From: Podarcis tiliguerta
Lineage: Eukaryota
NCBI GenBank assembly: GCA_965153285.1
Contig: OZ229113.1
Reading direction: 5' to 3' (one strand)
Length of the DNA: 64,000 bases
In this document: one piece after another, positions 40,573 through 52,865 of the stretch
Numbering within the stretch: the stretch's first letter is position 1
Layout: every line of letters begins with the position of its first letter
Program-made: the position numbers and the translations under genes
The notes under the pieces: model-generated
What the model was told of the DNA's origin: nothing
The model's database searches: none
What the model saw: the letters and a program-made list of their open reading frames with translations, nothing else

Positions 40573-41752
40573 GTTTGAGGCAGGAAGGGAGGAGAGAACA
40601 GCAGGTGATTTGGAGGTTGTGTGCCCTTACAAGAATAATAGAGCAGCAACAGAGCAGAGCTAACCCCACAGTAGAGAAATCCACAGTCCTTTCTGTTTGA
40701 AGGTAAATCTGCAGTCTGAGAATGAGTAACAATAGAATCTTGGCCCTCACCTCTTGAAACAGGAAGTGTACTACTGGCCTATTCTATCATATATGGCTTC
40801 CATGAAGCACCCCCCTCCATTGAATTAGATAAAACAGTAAGAGGTAACTTGTAAATTCTAACTTACTTTCTGCAACAGCTACATCCCAATAAGCCTTACT
40901 AAAAGCAGCCCAATGTAAGGGTATTCTAGAAAGCCATATTAAGATCAGACTAAGTTCCTTCAGCACCACTTCACTACCCTATTTTCTTCAAAGACAAAAC
41001 TGAATACCACTTTTATTGCAGAAAAATCACCAGCGGGAAATAAAAATTAGAGGGACTTCTTGTTAATGCTTCATGATTGAAATGACCAAATGAAAATGTC
41101 TAAAAGCTATTGGGGTGGGGAGCGCGCTGCCCCAAAAAGAGACAAAGGTTAGTTAATGCCCTGAAGATAGAACTTTGGCTTCAGCCAATATGAGGACCAG
41201 GCTGGAAACTGAAGGCAGGGGAGGGCTTTCCGACCCTACTGTAGAAAGAGGTAAGTGGGAATTGGGAATGAAAGACAGGAGTGAATTTATATGAAACTGT
41301 GTGGAAAGCACCGGAATAGGAAAAGAGAATCCTCATGCAGAAACACTTATCCTCAAGTCTATTTCATCAAAAGAAATCAATCTTGTAAAAAACAAAGTAT
41401 CAAATCCATTAGACTATCCAGGAATTTTCCAGTTTTTCCATAGAACAGAGAAATCACTTAAAGGTGTAATATGAATATTTGCTTTCTTCCTCTTATCCTA
41501 GATACAAAAAAAAAATATTAGCAATTTATAAGCAGAATTCATATCATATTTCAACATGCAACATTGGTCTCAGTTCTGTACGATTTAAATAGACTATTTA
41601 CACACAATACATATATAATCTCTTTCTCTCTGTATGCACATGCATTGGTCCTAGCCTAGGCATCAAAGGCCACATGTGAGTTCTCTGGGTCAATCTTCTT
41701 CAAGCGATTCCAGTTTGAATTTTTGTTTAGCTTTGGGTTGGTTGGGATTTCC

Positions 41753-41854
41753 TCAGTTCTTCCGAATGTCAGCATAGACGACAGATTCCGACTTGTTGAT
41801 CTTGTCACTGTAACGCCCTCCGGAGTGATCTAACTGCGCATAAATTACTGGGCC
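41753..41854 (-). CDS. MPZL1: MPZL1 exon 6: two ITIMs (GPVIYAQLDHSGGRYSDKINKSESVVYADIRKN*)
   Basis: tttttag| acceptor; SHP2-binding ITIMs VIYAQL and VVYADI; TGA at 41755-41753. Confidence 0.97.
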   Translation of the reverse strand, partial: GPVIYAQLDHSGGRYSDKINKSESVVYADIRKN

Positions 41855-44696
41855 CTAAAAAAAAGAAATACAGAGTAAGCAAACTGATGAAAGAGCTTGA
41901 TTCCTTCAGTACATTGCTGGCAGGCAGTGTAAAGACAAAATTAATCTTTAGATTAGGAAGTTAATGAGCATTAAGCAGACAAAACTCTATTAAATGTACA
42001 CAAGACACACATTTCCCCCCTCTTTTATCTGTTTGGGTCTACCTACAAACTATGCAAGTCAAGTTGACTTTTTAAAGAAATTAATCTACTGTGATAAAGT
42101 CCTGCAAAAGAATCTGCAAATATTTTCTTATAGAAATCTGACACTTCATTCTTCAGGTAGATGGAATTGCTTGTAGCCTTCGGAACAATTCACCGAACAA
42201 CGGAGCAGAGAATGGATTGATATTTTGAAAGAGTACATCAAGAATTCACAGTCCGGCTAAAATCAGCTCATTCAATAGGCTCCACTTGTGCTGAATCAGA
42301 CAGGGACGTGTCACGCTTAGCAGTATTTTTCTTGGGAGCTGCTGCAATATACTAAATTAAAATAACAGGTTGGAATTTTAAATTTCATCTACCACCTTGA
42401 GCAAATACAAGGCTGAAAATTGTGTTCCTCAAACTGCACTTCATCCAGATTGTCTTCACACTGACAATGGATCAGCTTTGGGGGCATACACACTCAAAGC
42501 ACCTTTCCTCTTCTTTTAGCAGAAGCTGGCAAACAAACCAGGAAGACTTTCATTAACTACAGTTAATAGTAATATCCTGTTTTAGATGAAAAAAGAAACA
42601 GCTTCAGAACAAGAAGGATACTAGCCAACTTCAAATTGTGGCTTGTTTTGAATCTGTTAACCAGAGATTTCTGGTTCAGACAAAATGGGAAACTTAATGG
42701 AAGACTTCCTGGCTGCCAACTTGCATAAGGATGAGTGAAGAATCTGTGTCTATACACCCATCTTGGGTTATCATCATGATCATCCAAAAATTGTCTTTCA
42801 GAAATACTATCGGCTTTTTGTGATTCAGTATTTTTCTGCATCTGTCTGCCATGTCCACAAAGACACTACAATACAAGAAGTTCGTCAGCAAAAACCAAAA
42901 GCAAAGACTGTCCAGCAACTCTTACACCTCTAGATGGCAGCAATGCTCGTGGAGTATTTAAAAACAAACAAACGAGAAGCCAACAGGGAGTTGGAAGAAT
43001 AATCCGTAATTTTTTATGTTCAATAAGGCTGTGTAACCCACAAGGAATAAAGCTTTAAAGGAGGCATGATCTTGGCAACACTCAAATCTAAAATTACATT
43101 CACCAATGTTTAATTGGGCTACCATTCTTTCCCACAATCAGCCACAACAACTCTCTTTGGAAATGTGCATTTTAAAAATGTCAATACAGTTTAATTATAA
43201 GGAAGACTAGAGGATCAATAGTGCAGTAAGAAAGCACTTTAGGAGCCAGTTCAGAGGAAGAAAGTAGTTGGGGATGGCTAGCTGGAAAGACACATATTCT
43301 TCAGCTGCAGACAGTGAAGTTATGGCCAAAAGTATAAATGTTTTTTTGAACATACAAAACTGTAGTATGTATAGCAAGCTTCTTCCATAAGCCACACAGT
43401 TCACCAGAGGTTTTCAACACCATTACTGGATCTAAGGCAGCTTCTTGTGGAAGCCACATGAATGAGTCATGCTCTGCACATTTTTATTCCTGTTTGCTTT
43501 ACAAATGATTTTGTTGTTCTTTCATATAAGACCACAACTCTCTCACGTCAACAGATGCTACTCCAAAGGCTAATGCCCCGAGTTCTTGGAACTCAGCCAA
43601 GACAAAGGACAATCGTCTTTTCTTCTATATCAAAGTACTGGCTTTTTAAAAAAGCTTTTCCTTTGAATAATACCAAGTTCCTTGTTTAGAGACCGTCTGC
43701 TAGTTCCTACAAAACTACAGAGGATTCAGATAATGGGGGAAGAGAGGATTCAGATAATGACATATTTGCCTGGAAAATATCAAGAGATCACTGTCCATAT
43801 GCAGGAATTCAGAACAAATATGTGAGCCTAACTATAATAATAATTCAATTAAGTACATATAGTAGCTAGTTGATGGAAAACATCATCTGGAAGTATTCCT
43901 CTGAAGAGTTGCTCACTGGGAATGACACCTTTTCTTTTTCTAAGTTGTTCCAATAGCTTTCCAATGTCTGTCTACTCCTATGCATCAGACACAGGACAAT
44001 ATGCAGATTTTACCAGGAATATATGTGTCCCATACAACAAAAGCACTGAATGGTGTGTAGGCTATCCAAGTATCGGAAGAAAGGAACCAGATGTGTGGCT
44101 TAGAAGTTAGAAGTAGAAAGTTTTACATCTGAAACTGCATCTGCCTATCAGAGGAGAAGCACAGGTTAATAAAGTCAGGTACAAAAGCACTCTTTGGAAT
44201 AGGACACAAGAGGGATGGTCTTCTTTCTAATTTATCAGTTATACATATGGGATAACTTAGATAACCAGCCAGCTATACATTAGATCTAGAAATAAGAAAA
44301 CATTGACAATTATCACATTCAAAATGAGCAAACACTGTACAGCCAAACAACAGAGAGGAATGAGAACCACTAGGACATTTGGTACCAGACAGACATGCAC
44401 AGTTGTGAGAAATAGATGACATCTCAAATGAATTTACTGGTACGGATAAGAGTGAAAGCAAACCCAATGAGCAATCAGCCAGCCTCAAGATGCAGTGAGC
44501 CAAACAAGACAACTCTGGTGCATGCTGTTTGAAACACAACCTCAGGCAACAAGCTTCCTGCTTTCACAACCATTACATTCAGGATTTAAAATATGTAGGA
44601 TGGAAATAGCAAACTGGTAGACTAGACAGATAGACTGGAGTAAACCACTGTAATGAAATGAATTTCTCCCTCCTTTCCTCCACTACTTACTTACTT

Positions 44697-44708
44697 AAAT
44701 AAATAAAT

Positions 44709-44740
<32 letters not shown>
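44697..44740. repeat. Compound (AAAT)n(AAAG)n microsatellite
   Basis: Read directly from the sequence. Confidence 0.9.
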
Positions 44741-45519
44741 ACCTCTCATGTTCTCAACAATGTAAATATCCCATTCATATAGAGAAGCTGCAAACCAAGA
44801 GTACTTCCTGGAAACAGGACACGCCTCTTACAGCAGCTTTCTAATTTTGTTTCAATATATTAAAAATATTCCACAATACCACCACTGTGCTTTCAGTAAG
44901 AAAAGAAGCAGATGTCTGCATATAAAAGTCAACTCACTCTGGTATACTTAAAAACAAAAGCACTTCCATCTATCTCCATGTTCCCCAGACATTATCTACT
45001 TGTCCCACACACATTAATAAATAAGGCATGTGAACCTCTGTATATTCCTGTTTAGGCTAGAATAAGTGTTTCCACTTGCTAGATTTTGTTTATTGTGGTT
45101 CCTGTCATATCCACATTACAGTAACATCAGAAATAGCTTGTAAGATGCATGGCTCTGTGCAAGTTTCATGTGCACACAACCTCCCCAGATAAGACTATTG
45201 AAATGCATGTCTTCATTGACTTTGTAAGAGTCTACACAATAATGTTTTGTTTTGTTTTAAAGTTTGTAAGAAGCAGGCCTACAGCGTTTAAAATCCTATG
45301 CTTCCCCTATTGTAGATAGCTGGCAAAAACAGTCTCTGAACCAGAACTAACTTCACCCAACAGCCAAGACTTGCTTGTCCTAGAAGCAACAAGGAAAAAC
45401 CAGTGGCTTCTATCAATATTGTTGCCCCTTTCAAAAAGCACCTAATACCACCAGCTTCAACCAAGTGAAGAGGACCGCCAGAAATGAACTATGCCTTAAG
45501 AAAGTCTCTTTATTTATTA

Positions 45520-45653
45520 CAGGGGTGGAAAACCTGCAGCCTTCTAGATGTTAGACTCCAACTGCCATCACTCCCAGCATACACAGCTAATAGTCAAGAA
45601 TGATGGGAGTTGGAGTCCAACAACATCTGGTGGGTTGCAGGTTTCTTACCCTG
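45520..45653. mobile_element. hAT-type palindromic MITE
   Basis: CAGGGGT...ACCCTG termini; internal palindrome (ACTCCAACTGCCATCA / TGATGGGAGTTGGAGT); 8-bp TSD ATTTATTA / CTTTATTA (7 of 8 match). Related fragments at about 5490, 34570-34750 and 53660. Confidence 0.75.
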
Positions 45654-46904
45654 CTTTATTAAACTGAAATGTTAATTTGTATAGTAATGTTTCAAACTAG
45701 CAGAAGGAAAGGTCTATATTGTCATCTAGCCATTTCATTTTCAAATAGTTTTATAAATATTTTATAAAAACCTACCTTTTCAATATATATTTTTTAACAA
45801 AATCCTTTCCTGCTGAAGCATCTCAGCATCACCACAGCTCTATTCTGATACCCGTAGCTTTCAACATATTTTGACAGACTAAGATGTTCAAGTTGATACA
45901 ATTTGGAGAGCTAGTCGTTTCCATTATCTAGTTTCCATTTTTCCACTTCACATCAAATAACTGAATACAAAAGAAAGGAAATCTGGCTATTTCCTTCCTC
46001 ATCTTTGTCAACATTAACTAATATATCCCTGCTCTCAAAATGTCTGTTTTTCACCTATGTTTCCATGGAATCTGCTATAGGTTTTTTTTAATGGTTTGGT
46101 TGATTTCATCTGTTTTATTGATACATTTATTATGTACAGAGCTTTCTCATAAAGCAGTCTATATGTTTAAAAAGAACAGAAAGGAAAAGAAACACTATTC
46201 ATTTCCTGTTGAGCAATACTCTATCTAGAATGAGTATTTCCAAGTGGGGAGCAATGGTCTGCTGTCTATGTTTACCTGACACTTTGTGGGGATAAGAAGA
46301 TATACAGAACAATGAAGCAAAGGGGCTAAAATATTATTAGCTCTGATAAATGGTAATTGGAAAAGTCCAGGAACAATAAATACTCAGCACTGCCAAGATC
46401 ATAGAATTACAAATAAAGGAGCTTCCTAGTGAAAACCTGTATCACAAAGAAGGACAATTCACTCAACTTAACACAGATCAATTCATGTGAGTCAGATGGC
46501 TCCCTCAGAGCTAGGATATTGTGGCAGAATAATTGCTTTCGCTGCAACAACTGTTTACTTACAAAACTAGCCCTATTGAATCTTTTCACTATCCTTGAAG
46601 TACTGAAGTTGTCAAGTACAGAAAACGACTGCAGTAAACAACATCCTTCATCTTCGAAAATGAATCATAGAACTGTAGAGTTGGAAGGGACCCTACCGAG
46701 GGTCCTCTAGTCCAACTACCTGCAGTGCAGGAATCTCAACCCGTGGTCCCCCATCCAATTTGAAACCATCCCGGAGCACCATGTCTATCTTTGTAACACT
46801 TTTAACTTTGCTCTAAGTCTCCCTCCCCTCAACAAGAATACCACCTTTCCCATCACTGAAGGTCTCCAAGTTAAGAGTTCCCAAAGCATCATGATGCCAT
46901 TTAC

Positions 46905-47010
46905 CTGGTGTGATCGGATGGGCACGCTGTTTACCAGACCCTCTGTGTCGGAGGGGGTCTTCCGTGGAGCCTGCTTAACTGGAGACACCAAGCTCTCAGA
47001 GGTACTGCAG
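46905..47010 (-). CDS. MPZL1: MPZL1 exon 5 (CSTSESLVSPVKQAPRKTPSDTEGLVNSVPIRSHQ)
   Basis: gtcag| acceptor and |GTAAA donor; 106 nt; within track ORF 46785..47087; matches the PZR cytoplasmic tail. Confidence 0.96.
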
Positions 47011-50000
47011 CTGACGAGGTGGCAGAGCAGAGTTTGCAGGACAATGTTCAAGAGGCAAACAAAAAAACAAAACAAAAACAAAGGCAAGTGATGGCAAGAT
47101 GACGTGGCAACTTAGGCCAAAGTAAAAGGTGAACTCGGTGAACAACACAACATACATCCTCTCCCTAGTGCTGGCTCAGTACCATCACTCCTAAACCTCC
47201 TCTTCTCTCTGATGTACATCCAACCCAGCCTTGGGATGGAAGAAAGCAAGCCCAATAGAGGCCAGCAGCTTTCACAAGAACCAGTTTCTTGCTAACGGGG
47301 TCACACAGGCGACCCTGCCTCAGGATCCAGGGAAGTAGTTTCTTGTTGTCTCTGCCCGAGACATCAGAATTCACTTACACATAAGTGTACAGTTGAAGAT
47401 GGATTCCTTTCTAACTAGGCGGAAAATTGTTGTTTTTCTAGTGACTGTGCCCTATCTTGCAAGTGCCACAACAGAACAGGCGCTCAGCAATGACATGTCC
47501 TCAAATGGCTATGGCACTCTCTCCCCAAGGAGGCTTGCCTGGTGACCACTGTATTATATTTTAGCTGGCCAGTTAAGACATTTGCATTTTCTCAGGCATA
47601 TTAACAATTTGTATTTTCAGTGTTGAAGGGATGCAGTATTTTAGGTCACTAGACCTGAAATTTTACACTGCTGTTTTAGATTTAAATTTCTCTTGTTTGT
47701 TTTGTTTTACTGTATATTTTATTTCTGTTGGCTCTTTTAATGTGCATTACAAACCACTCTGGAATAAATATTATTAAGGGCAGTTTATAAATGCCTTAAA
47801 CAATGTCTTCACAGTAGCTGAAGTCAAGGAATAGATCTTGACCACAAATTTTTTCTGTCCAATCATTTTAGTAAATGGAATGCCTGCAGCAAAGAAAGTA
47901 TCCATTGACTGGAACACTGTCTGTTAATATATTGATACTACTATGTACAAAGCTTCGGAAAGTCTATTTAGAAAGGGCTTGGGGTACTGATATGTCAGCT
48001 ATGTCCTTGAACTGATGCGCTCTCACTTCTGCTTAAAAACGAACTAAGAATCATTTCAAAATCAATTAAACTGAACATTGACTAAGCAGCTCAATAATTC
48101 CTAACACGCATGCTCACAGACACCTAAGGACCAAACAATACTGTTATGTATCTGTATGTACGTTGGTACAAGGTCTATTCTAGATGAGTGGCTGATACCG
48201 AAGATGTGGGAGCACAACATGTGTTGTGTTCCACCAGCAAGCAGGGAATAATTTGGAGAGGGAAGAAATCACTGGGCAGGAAACGAGTTAAGCTTTCTTC
48301 CTCATCCCTCTAAGAATGGCTTGTCCTGTTTAAAAAGAAGCCATTGGGGCAATGTGTAAAGGACCTAACTTGGCCTAGGAGGAATACTCACCACCCTTTC
48401 TCTCAATCACTTTGTTTTCTTTACACAACACACACACACACAGCATATACAGGCAGACATGGATCATGACAATGTGACAATGACATTAAGCAGAATGCAG
48501 TTCCCTGCAAACCATTATTTTCTCTTATCCAACAGGAATATTTAAACATTAAAAAAAGCAGACACGAGATATGCAGCAGTACATAGGGAAATATAGTACT
48601 GAGGGGGGAAAGGCATTTCAGTACCAGTAAATGGGCTTCCATTCTTACTGGGATTGAATCACAGCATACAAAGTGGCCAAGGGACTAATAAAATGTCTGG
48701 AGTATATCCCAAGAATTCATGCAACCTGGATCTAAAAATAACACTGAATTAAAGGTCTTTGCATGGAAAATTCAGTTATTTACTGAATGATTTTCTCCTC
48801 TCACAGTGTACAGAGTCCAGATCCCCCACACTCATTCATGCACATGAGCTTGCTGGCAAGAGATGGAATACTGATTCTGAAGGTAATGAGCATTGCCGTC
48901 ACAATTGAGGAAATGAGACAACAAACTCAAGCAGTAGATGAGATGTGCTGCCCCTTCACCAACAGTCTACAAAACAGAATTTCAGCACAAGTGATGGAGA
49001 TATGTTAGCCGGGTAGTCAGCAAAGGAGGCAGAAATGTGTACACGCACACACACGAAGTACCAAAGAGCAACCACCAATGTGATTAGTTACCATGGTATA
49101 TAGTGGGACCAGAAGAGGAGACCCAGCCCTGTTACATTCCCAATCTTGCGTCTATATCAGGATCTCTGTAAGCAGAGGAAGGTAAGAGCAGGATCCGATC
49201 CCAGCACACCAAAGCAGGAAGGAAAAAACCAAAATGTCAGAATAAGAACAGAAGTTGTGACACTGCCATGCAAGGGTTTCCACCACCACCCAAATCAATC
49301 CATTATAATGCTGGTGTTAGTTTCATCTAGAAATTAGACCCCTGCAAAATTATGTGGCCCTACTCAGCAATTACAGCCCAAACACACCCTGCCACTTAGT
49401 AATCAGTAGGAACAAAGAGCTGGTGTAGTCAGTGAAAGCAACGTTATCCATTTCCTCATTGCTGGGGGTTGATTTTAGTTGTAGAAGACAATGCAAACAT
49501 ATTACTGTTCCAAATCCAGCACCTTTAAGTAGCTTTCAGCAATAACACACTGGACAGGGAGTTAAATACCCATATTGGGCTTTGGGATCCTTTAGTGCAG
49601 ATCAATGTAAGCTGCCTTTAAGTGGTTACTGAAAGAGCACATGCAGAAAGGAAACAGTGCTTTCCACACTGAACTCTGAGCTTACAAAGCACATTTCACT
49701 GCACTTGCTCAATCTTACCACTGACTCCTACTGCAACCCCTCTCTAAAATCTCCAGCTGAAAATAAGGTATAGTGGGATCAGTTGCCAATTAAACACACC
49801 CATCAGAAACTAGACTTTTGAAGGCTTTGTTCATAACATTCACTGGATCTACAAAAAGCAGGAAAGAGTTGGGTAGTGGAATGACAATCCCCACAGAACA
49901 CGTGTGCTCAGGTTTTTGTGTACAAAGGCTGCATTTCTGTTGGAGTTAAGTGGTAAAGCAAACAAGATAAAAGTCCCACCACCACCACCTCAAAGGAACC

Positions 50001-50577
50001 CACCAACAAAACATTTCGTGGTATTCTAAAAGCTCTGGATTAAAGCTCTAGATTCTACCCTGAAAATACTTTCCAACAGAAGTTATTCAATGCAAATTAA
50101 AAAGGTACCTTAAGTGCAAAAAAGGGAAAAAGGGAAAAAAAGGAAGTCATGCAGATGGTGAAGCCAGTGAAGATAGTAGAGGAACTGTTTTCCCAAAGCT
50201 AGGTTTGGAAACCTCTGGCAAGCAGACTGTTGTAAAAGGAGCCACATTCCAAACTCATAAATAGAGTTGTACAATCCAAGATGTAGAGAGTTGTCCAGCC
50301 TTTATCTTGCACTTCATCCTGAGCTGCAAGAGCCCCTTTATTTTTGGAAGACAAGAGTGTAGGGCTGCCTCTCTGGACTTATACACCCTGAAAGGTGTAT
50401 GCACAATGAAGTCAACAATTAATAGTTTGGGACTAGAGGAATGTGTCCCGGTGGCCACAGTCAATTTAGTACAATGAATAAAACATGTATGATTGATTCC
50501 TGTTGCAGGTTCAGCTACCCCGGCCTCAATAAAAACAACAACAACACCTAAATAAATGAACAAGGGGAGCATCTTAC

Positions 50578-50710
50578 CCAGAGTAATGATTTTTAGAGTT
50601 CTTCTTTCTGCATGCGACACACACAACAAGAACGATGAGCAAAACTAAGCCCAGAACTCCACCAATGGATGCCCCTGCTACTAGAGTAATGGGAAACACA
50701 GGCAAGTTAC
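50578..50710 (-). CDS. MPZL1: MPZL1 exon 4: transmembrane segment (NLPVFPITLVAGASIGGVLGLVLLIVLVVCVACRRKNSKNHYS-G)
   Basis: cctcag| acceptor and |GTAAG donor; 133 nt; hydrophobic helix followed by RRKNSK as in PZR. Confidence 0.95.
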
Positions 50711-51979
50711 CTGAGGAGAGAAGAAAAGTTTCAGTCCAGTCTGCTTAGCTTTTACATTTATCAATATATCATTGGCGTTGGCTTTTATATGCAAAGGTTA
50801 AGGGTGCATCTGTCTCAGTAATGGCATGTTCCTTTGTCTTTTTTATATCCCAAACCTCAAGTAAAACTCATGAGCATGATCTGTGGTGTTAGGTTCATTA
50901 GATTTCAATAGCATTTTTACAGCATACCAAGTACAATTAATCTCTCATTTAGCCCATCAGTAGCCCCATGGGAAAGATGAGGTTGAACAATAAGTAGACT
51001 TCCCCTGAAGGCCAATTTTCACTACAAAAATTTGTAGTCTGCTATGCATACCAGCATACAAAACACACAAACCTCCTGCTGTGTGTAAAAGGCATCTACA
51101 TAAGAGGCAATGCTTTAAAATGCTCAGAAGAGCCAATCAGGAAATAACTGACCTCTGCTTCCAAGCATTTTCATGAAGAACTTGCCATGTTTTAGATGCA
51201 CACCCATCACATTTGAGAAGCTGTCTCAACACCACAATCAAGAGTCAGTTCACACATTAATCACAATAATCATAAACTAGTAACTGTTCCCTCTTGGCAA
51301 GATTGCACTTCAGAGTATTGGAGCAAAGGGATACAACTATACTAAGACTCAGGATTCACAGAAGTACAAAAGCAAACTTGGCACATCTAAGAAACATACA
51401 TATACATATATACTCATGCCTAACTATGGAAATGAGCCACTGCTGAGAACACCTTATTCTCTAGCTGTGAACACCATTTGTTTAAAAGAAGTTATTTTAG
51501 CAGTCTATTGAACTTCTTTTCATTCTGAAATCCACCCATACCTAGTCTATTTCAAATCACTCTTTAGTTATACCCTTGGGCTACATTATCTCTTCTATCT
51601 CTATCTACAAACAACTTCAACTGTAAAATAAGCATACAGTCGCTGCCTTAATCCTATCAATAGACTACAATATAAACCATTTTTTTCTTATAAATTTGTA
51701 GCACCTTCCAAACTGTTTACCAGACAGCTAAGGCTGGCTCTAAGAAGCAAATTAACGCCATAGTTCCAAAACCTAACTACATACAGGATTTTTAGTTCTT
51801 TTAAAACAGTTCCAATTTCTTCACAGAAACATTCTGAATAAAATACAAGTTATGCAAGGAGAGCCAAAATAATACTCCTGTAAGTGATGGGTTTTTGTAG
51901 AGTGATTTAATCAAATATTTCACAAAAGCATTATATCAACCATCAGTACTAGCACTCCTGTATCCAGAGACGATGGTAC

Positions 51980-52193
51980 CTTTTTCCACAACTCTGACTT
52001 TGATTTCACTAGGTGTGACAACAATATCTGGAGGGTTCTTGACATCGCAGATGAAAGTGCCATTGTCCCGGAATTGCATGTTGGATATACTGATAGATGC
52101 ATCTTTCTTGTTAAGGTCACCCGCCCAGTTGCTTCTGTCCTTAAATTGTGTATCCTTCCCAGGATATGATTTGCCATGGGAATAATAGAAGAA
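51980..52193 (-). CDS. MPZL1: MPZL1 exon 3: second half of the Ig-V domain (FFYYSHGKSYPGKDTQFKDRSNWAGDLNKKDASISISNMQFRDNGTFICDVKNPPDIV...VVEK)
   Basis: tacag| acceptor and |GTACC donor; 214 nt; myelin P0-family DNGTFxCDVKNPPD motif. Confidence 0.97.
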
Positions 52194-52704
52194 CTGTAAT
52201 CGGGAATATAAAACAGGATACAGTGTTAAAATCCTAGTTTTCCCCACAAAGGAAGGTGTGGGAGTAGCTACAACTGCTCAGGGTGAGACCTTACTCTGAC
52301 TCACTTGCCCCAATTTCCAGCTGCTGTTACAGGATCACTATTGGACCTCATACACCTTTAAACTTGACATATCCTGCTAACAAAATAGGAACCTATGGTG
52401 AAGTGTGGGTAATAAATCAACTCACTAGACAAAATCAGAATACATAGGTGGGTAACAATTGTGTCACTAGTTCAAAACAATCCCTCACCTTAATAAGACT
52501 TTTGCCACTGAAGTATTGTGGAGCAAGCACAGAAGGACAACTATCCATGATACCAAACATAATAGGATCAACTGGCATTCCCAGGCAGCCTAAATACCTA
52601 AATCCCAGGCCAGCGATAAAAGTGAGCAGGAGCAGACAGGTATGAAATAGCATTGTCGCAGGCTCTTGTTCAATTCTCATCTTACTTCAATCACCATCTC
52701 TTAC

Positions 52705-52865
52705 CGACACAGAAGTAGTTGATCCCTCTGGTTGAAAGCTCCAGGTAACAGTAGCGGCACTGCTGATCACCTCTGAGGATGAAAAGCTGCATGGAAGCTT
52801 TGTTTCTGTCCCATTCTCCACAGAGAGTTCTGCTGGTGTGTATACTTCCACAGCTGAAACCTGGG
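52705..52865 (-). CDS. MPZL1: MPZL1 (PZR) exon 2: end of signal peptide and first half of the Ig-V domain (QVSAVEVYTPAELSVENGTETKLPCSF...VTWSFQPEGSTTSVS)
   Basis: gacag| acceptor (phase 1) and |GTAAG donor; 161 nt; EVYTP, Ig Cys and WSFQPEG match MPZL1. The exact acceptor is slightly uncertain. Confidence 0.9.

Noticed and set aside
40394-40750. 118-aa and 76-aa ORFs with poly-Pro or poly-Ser
   Set aside because: Produced by the duplicated (GAG)n tract.
49003-49262. TG...CA-bounded segment resembling an LTR
   Set aside because: No target-site duplication and no clear TATA/polyA order.
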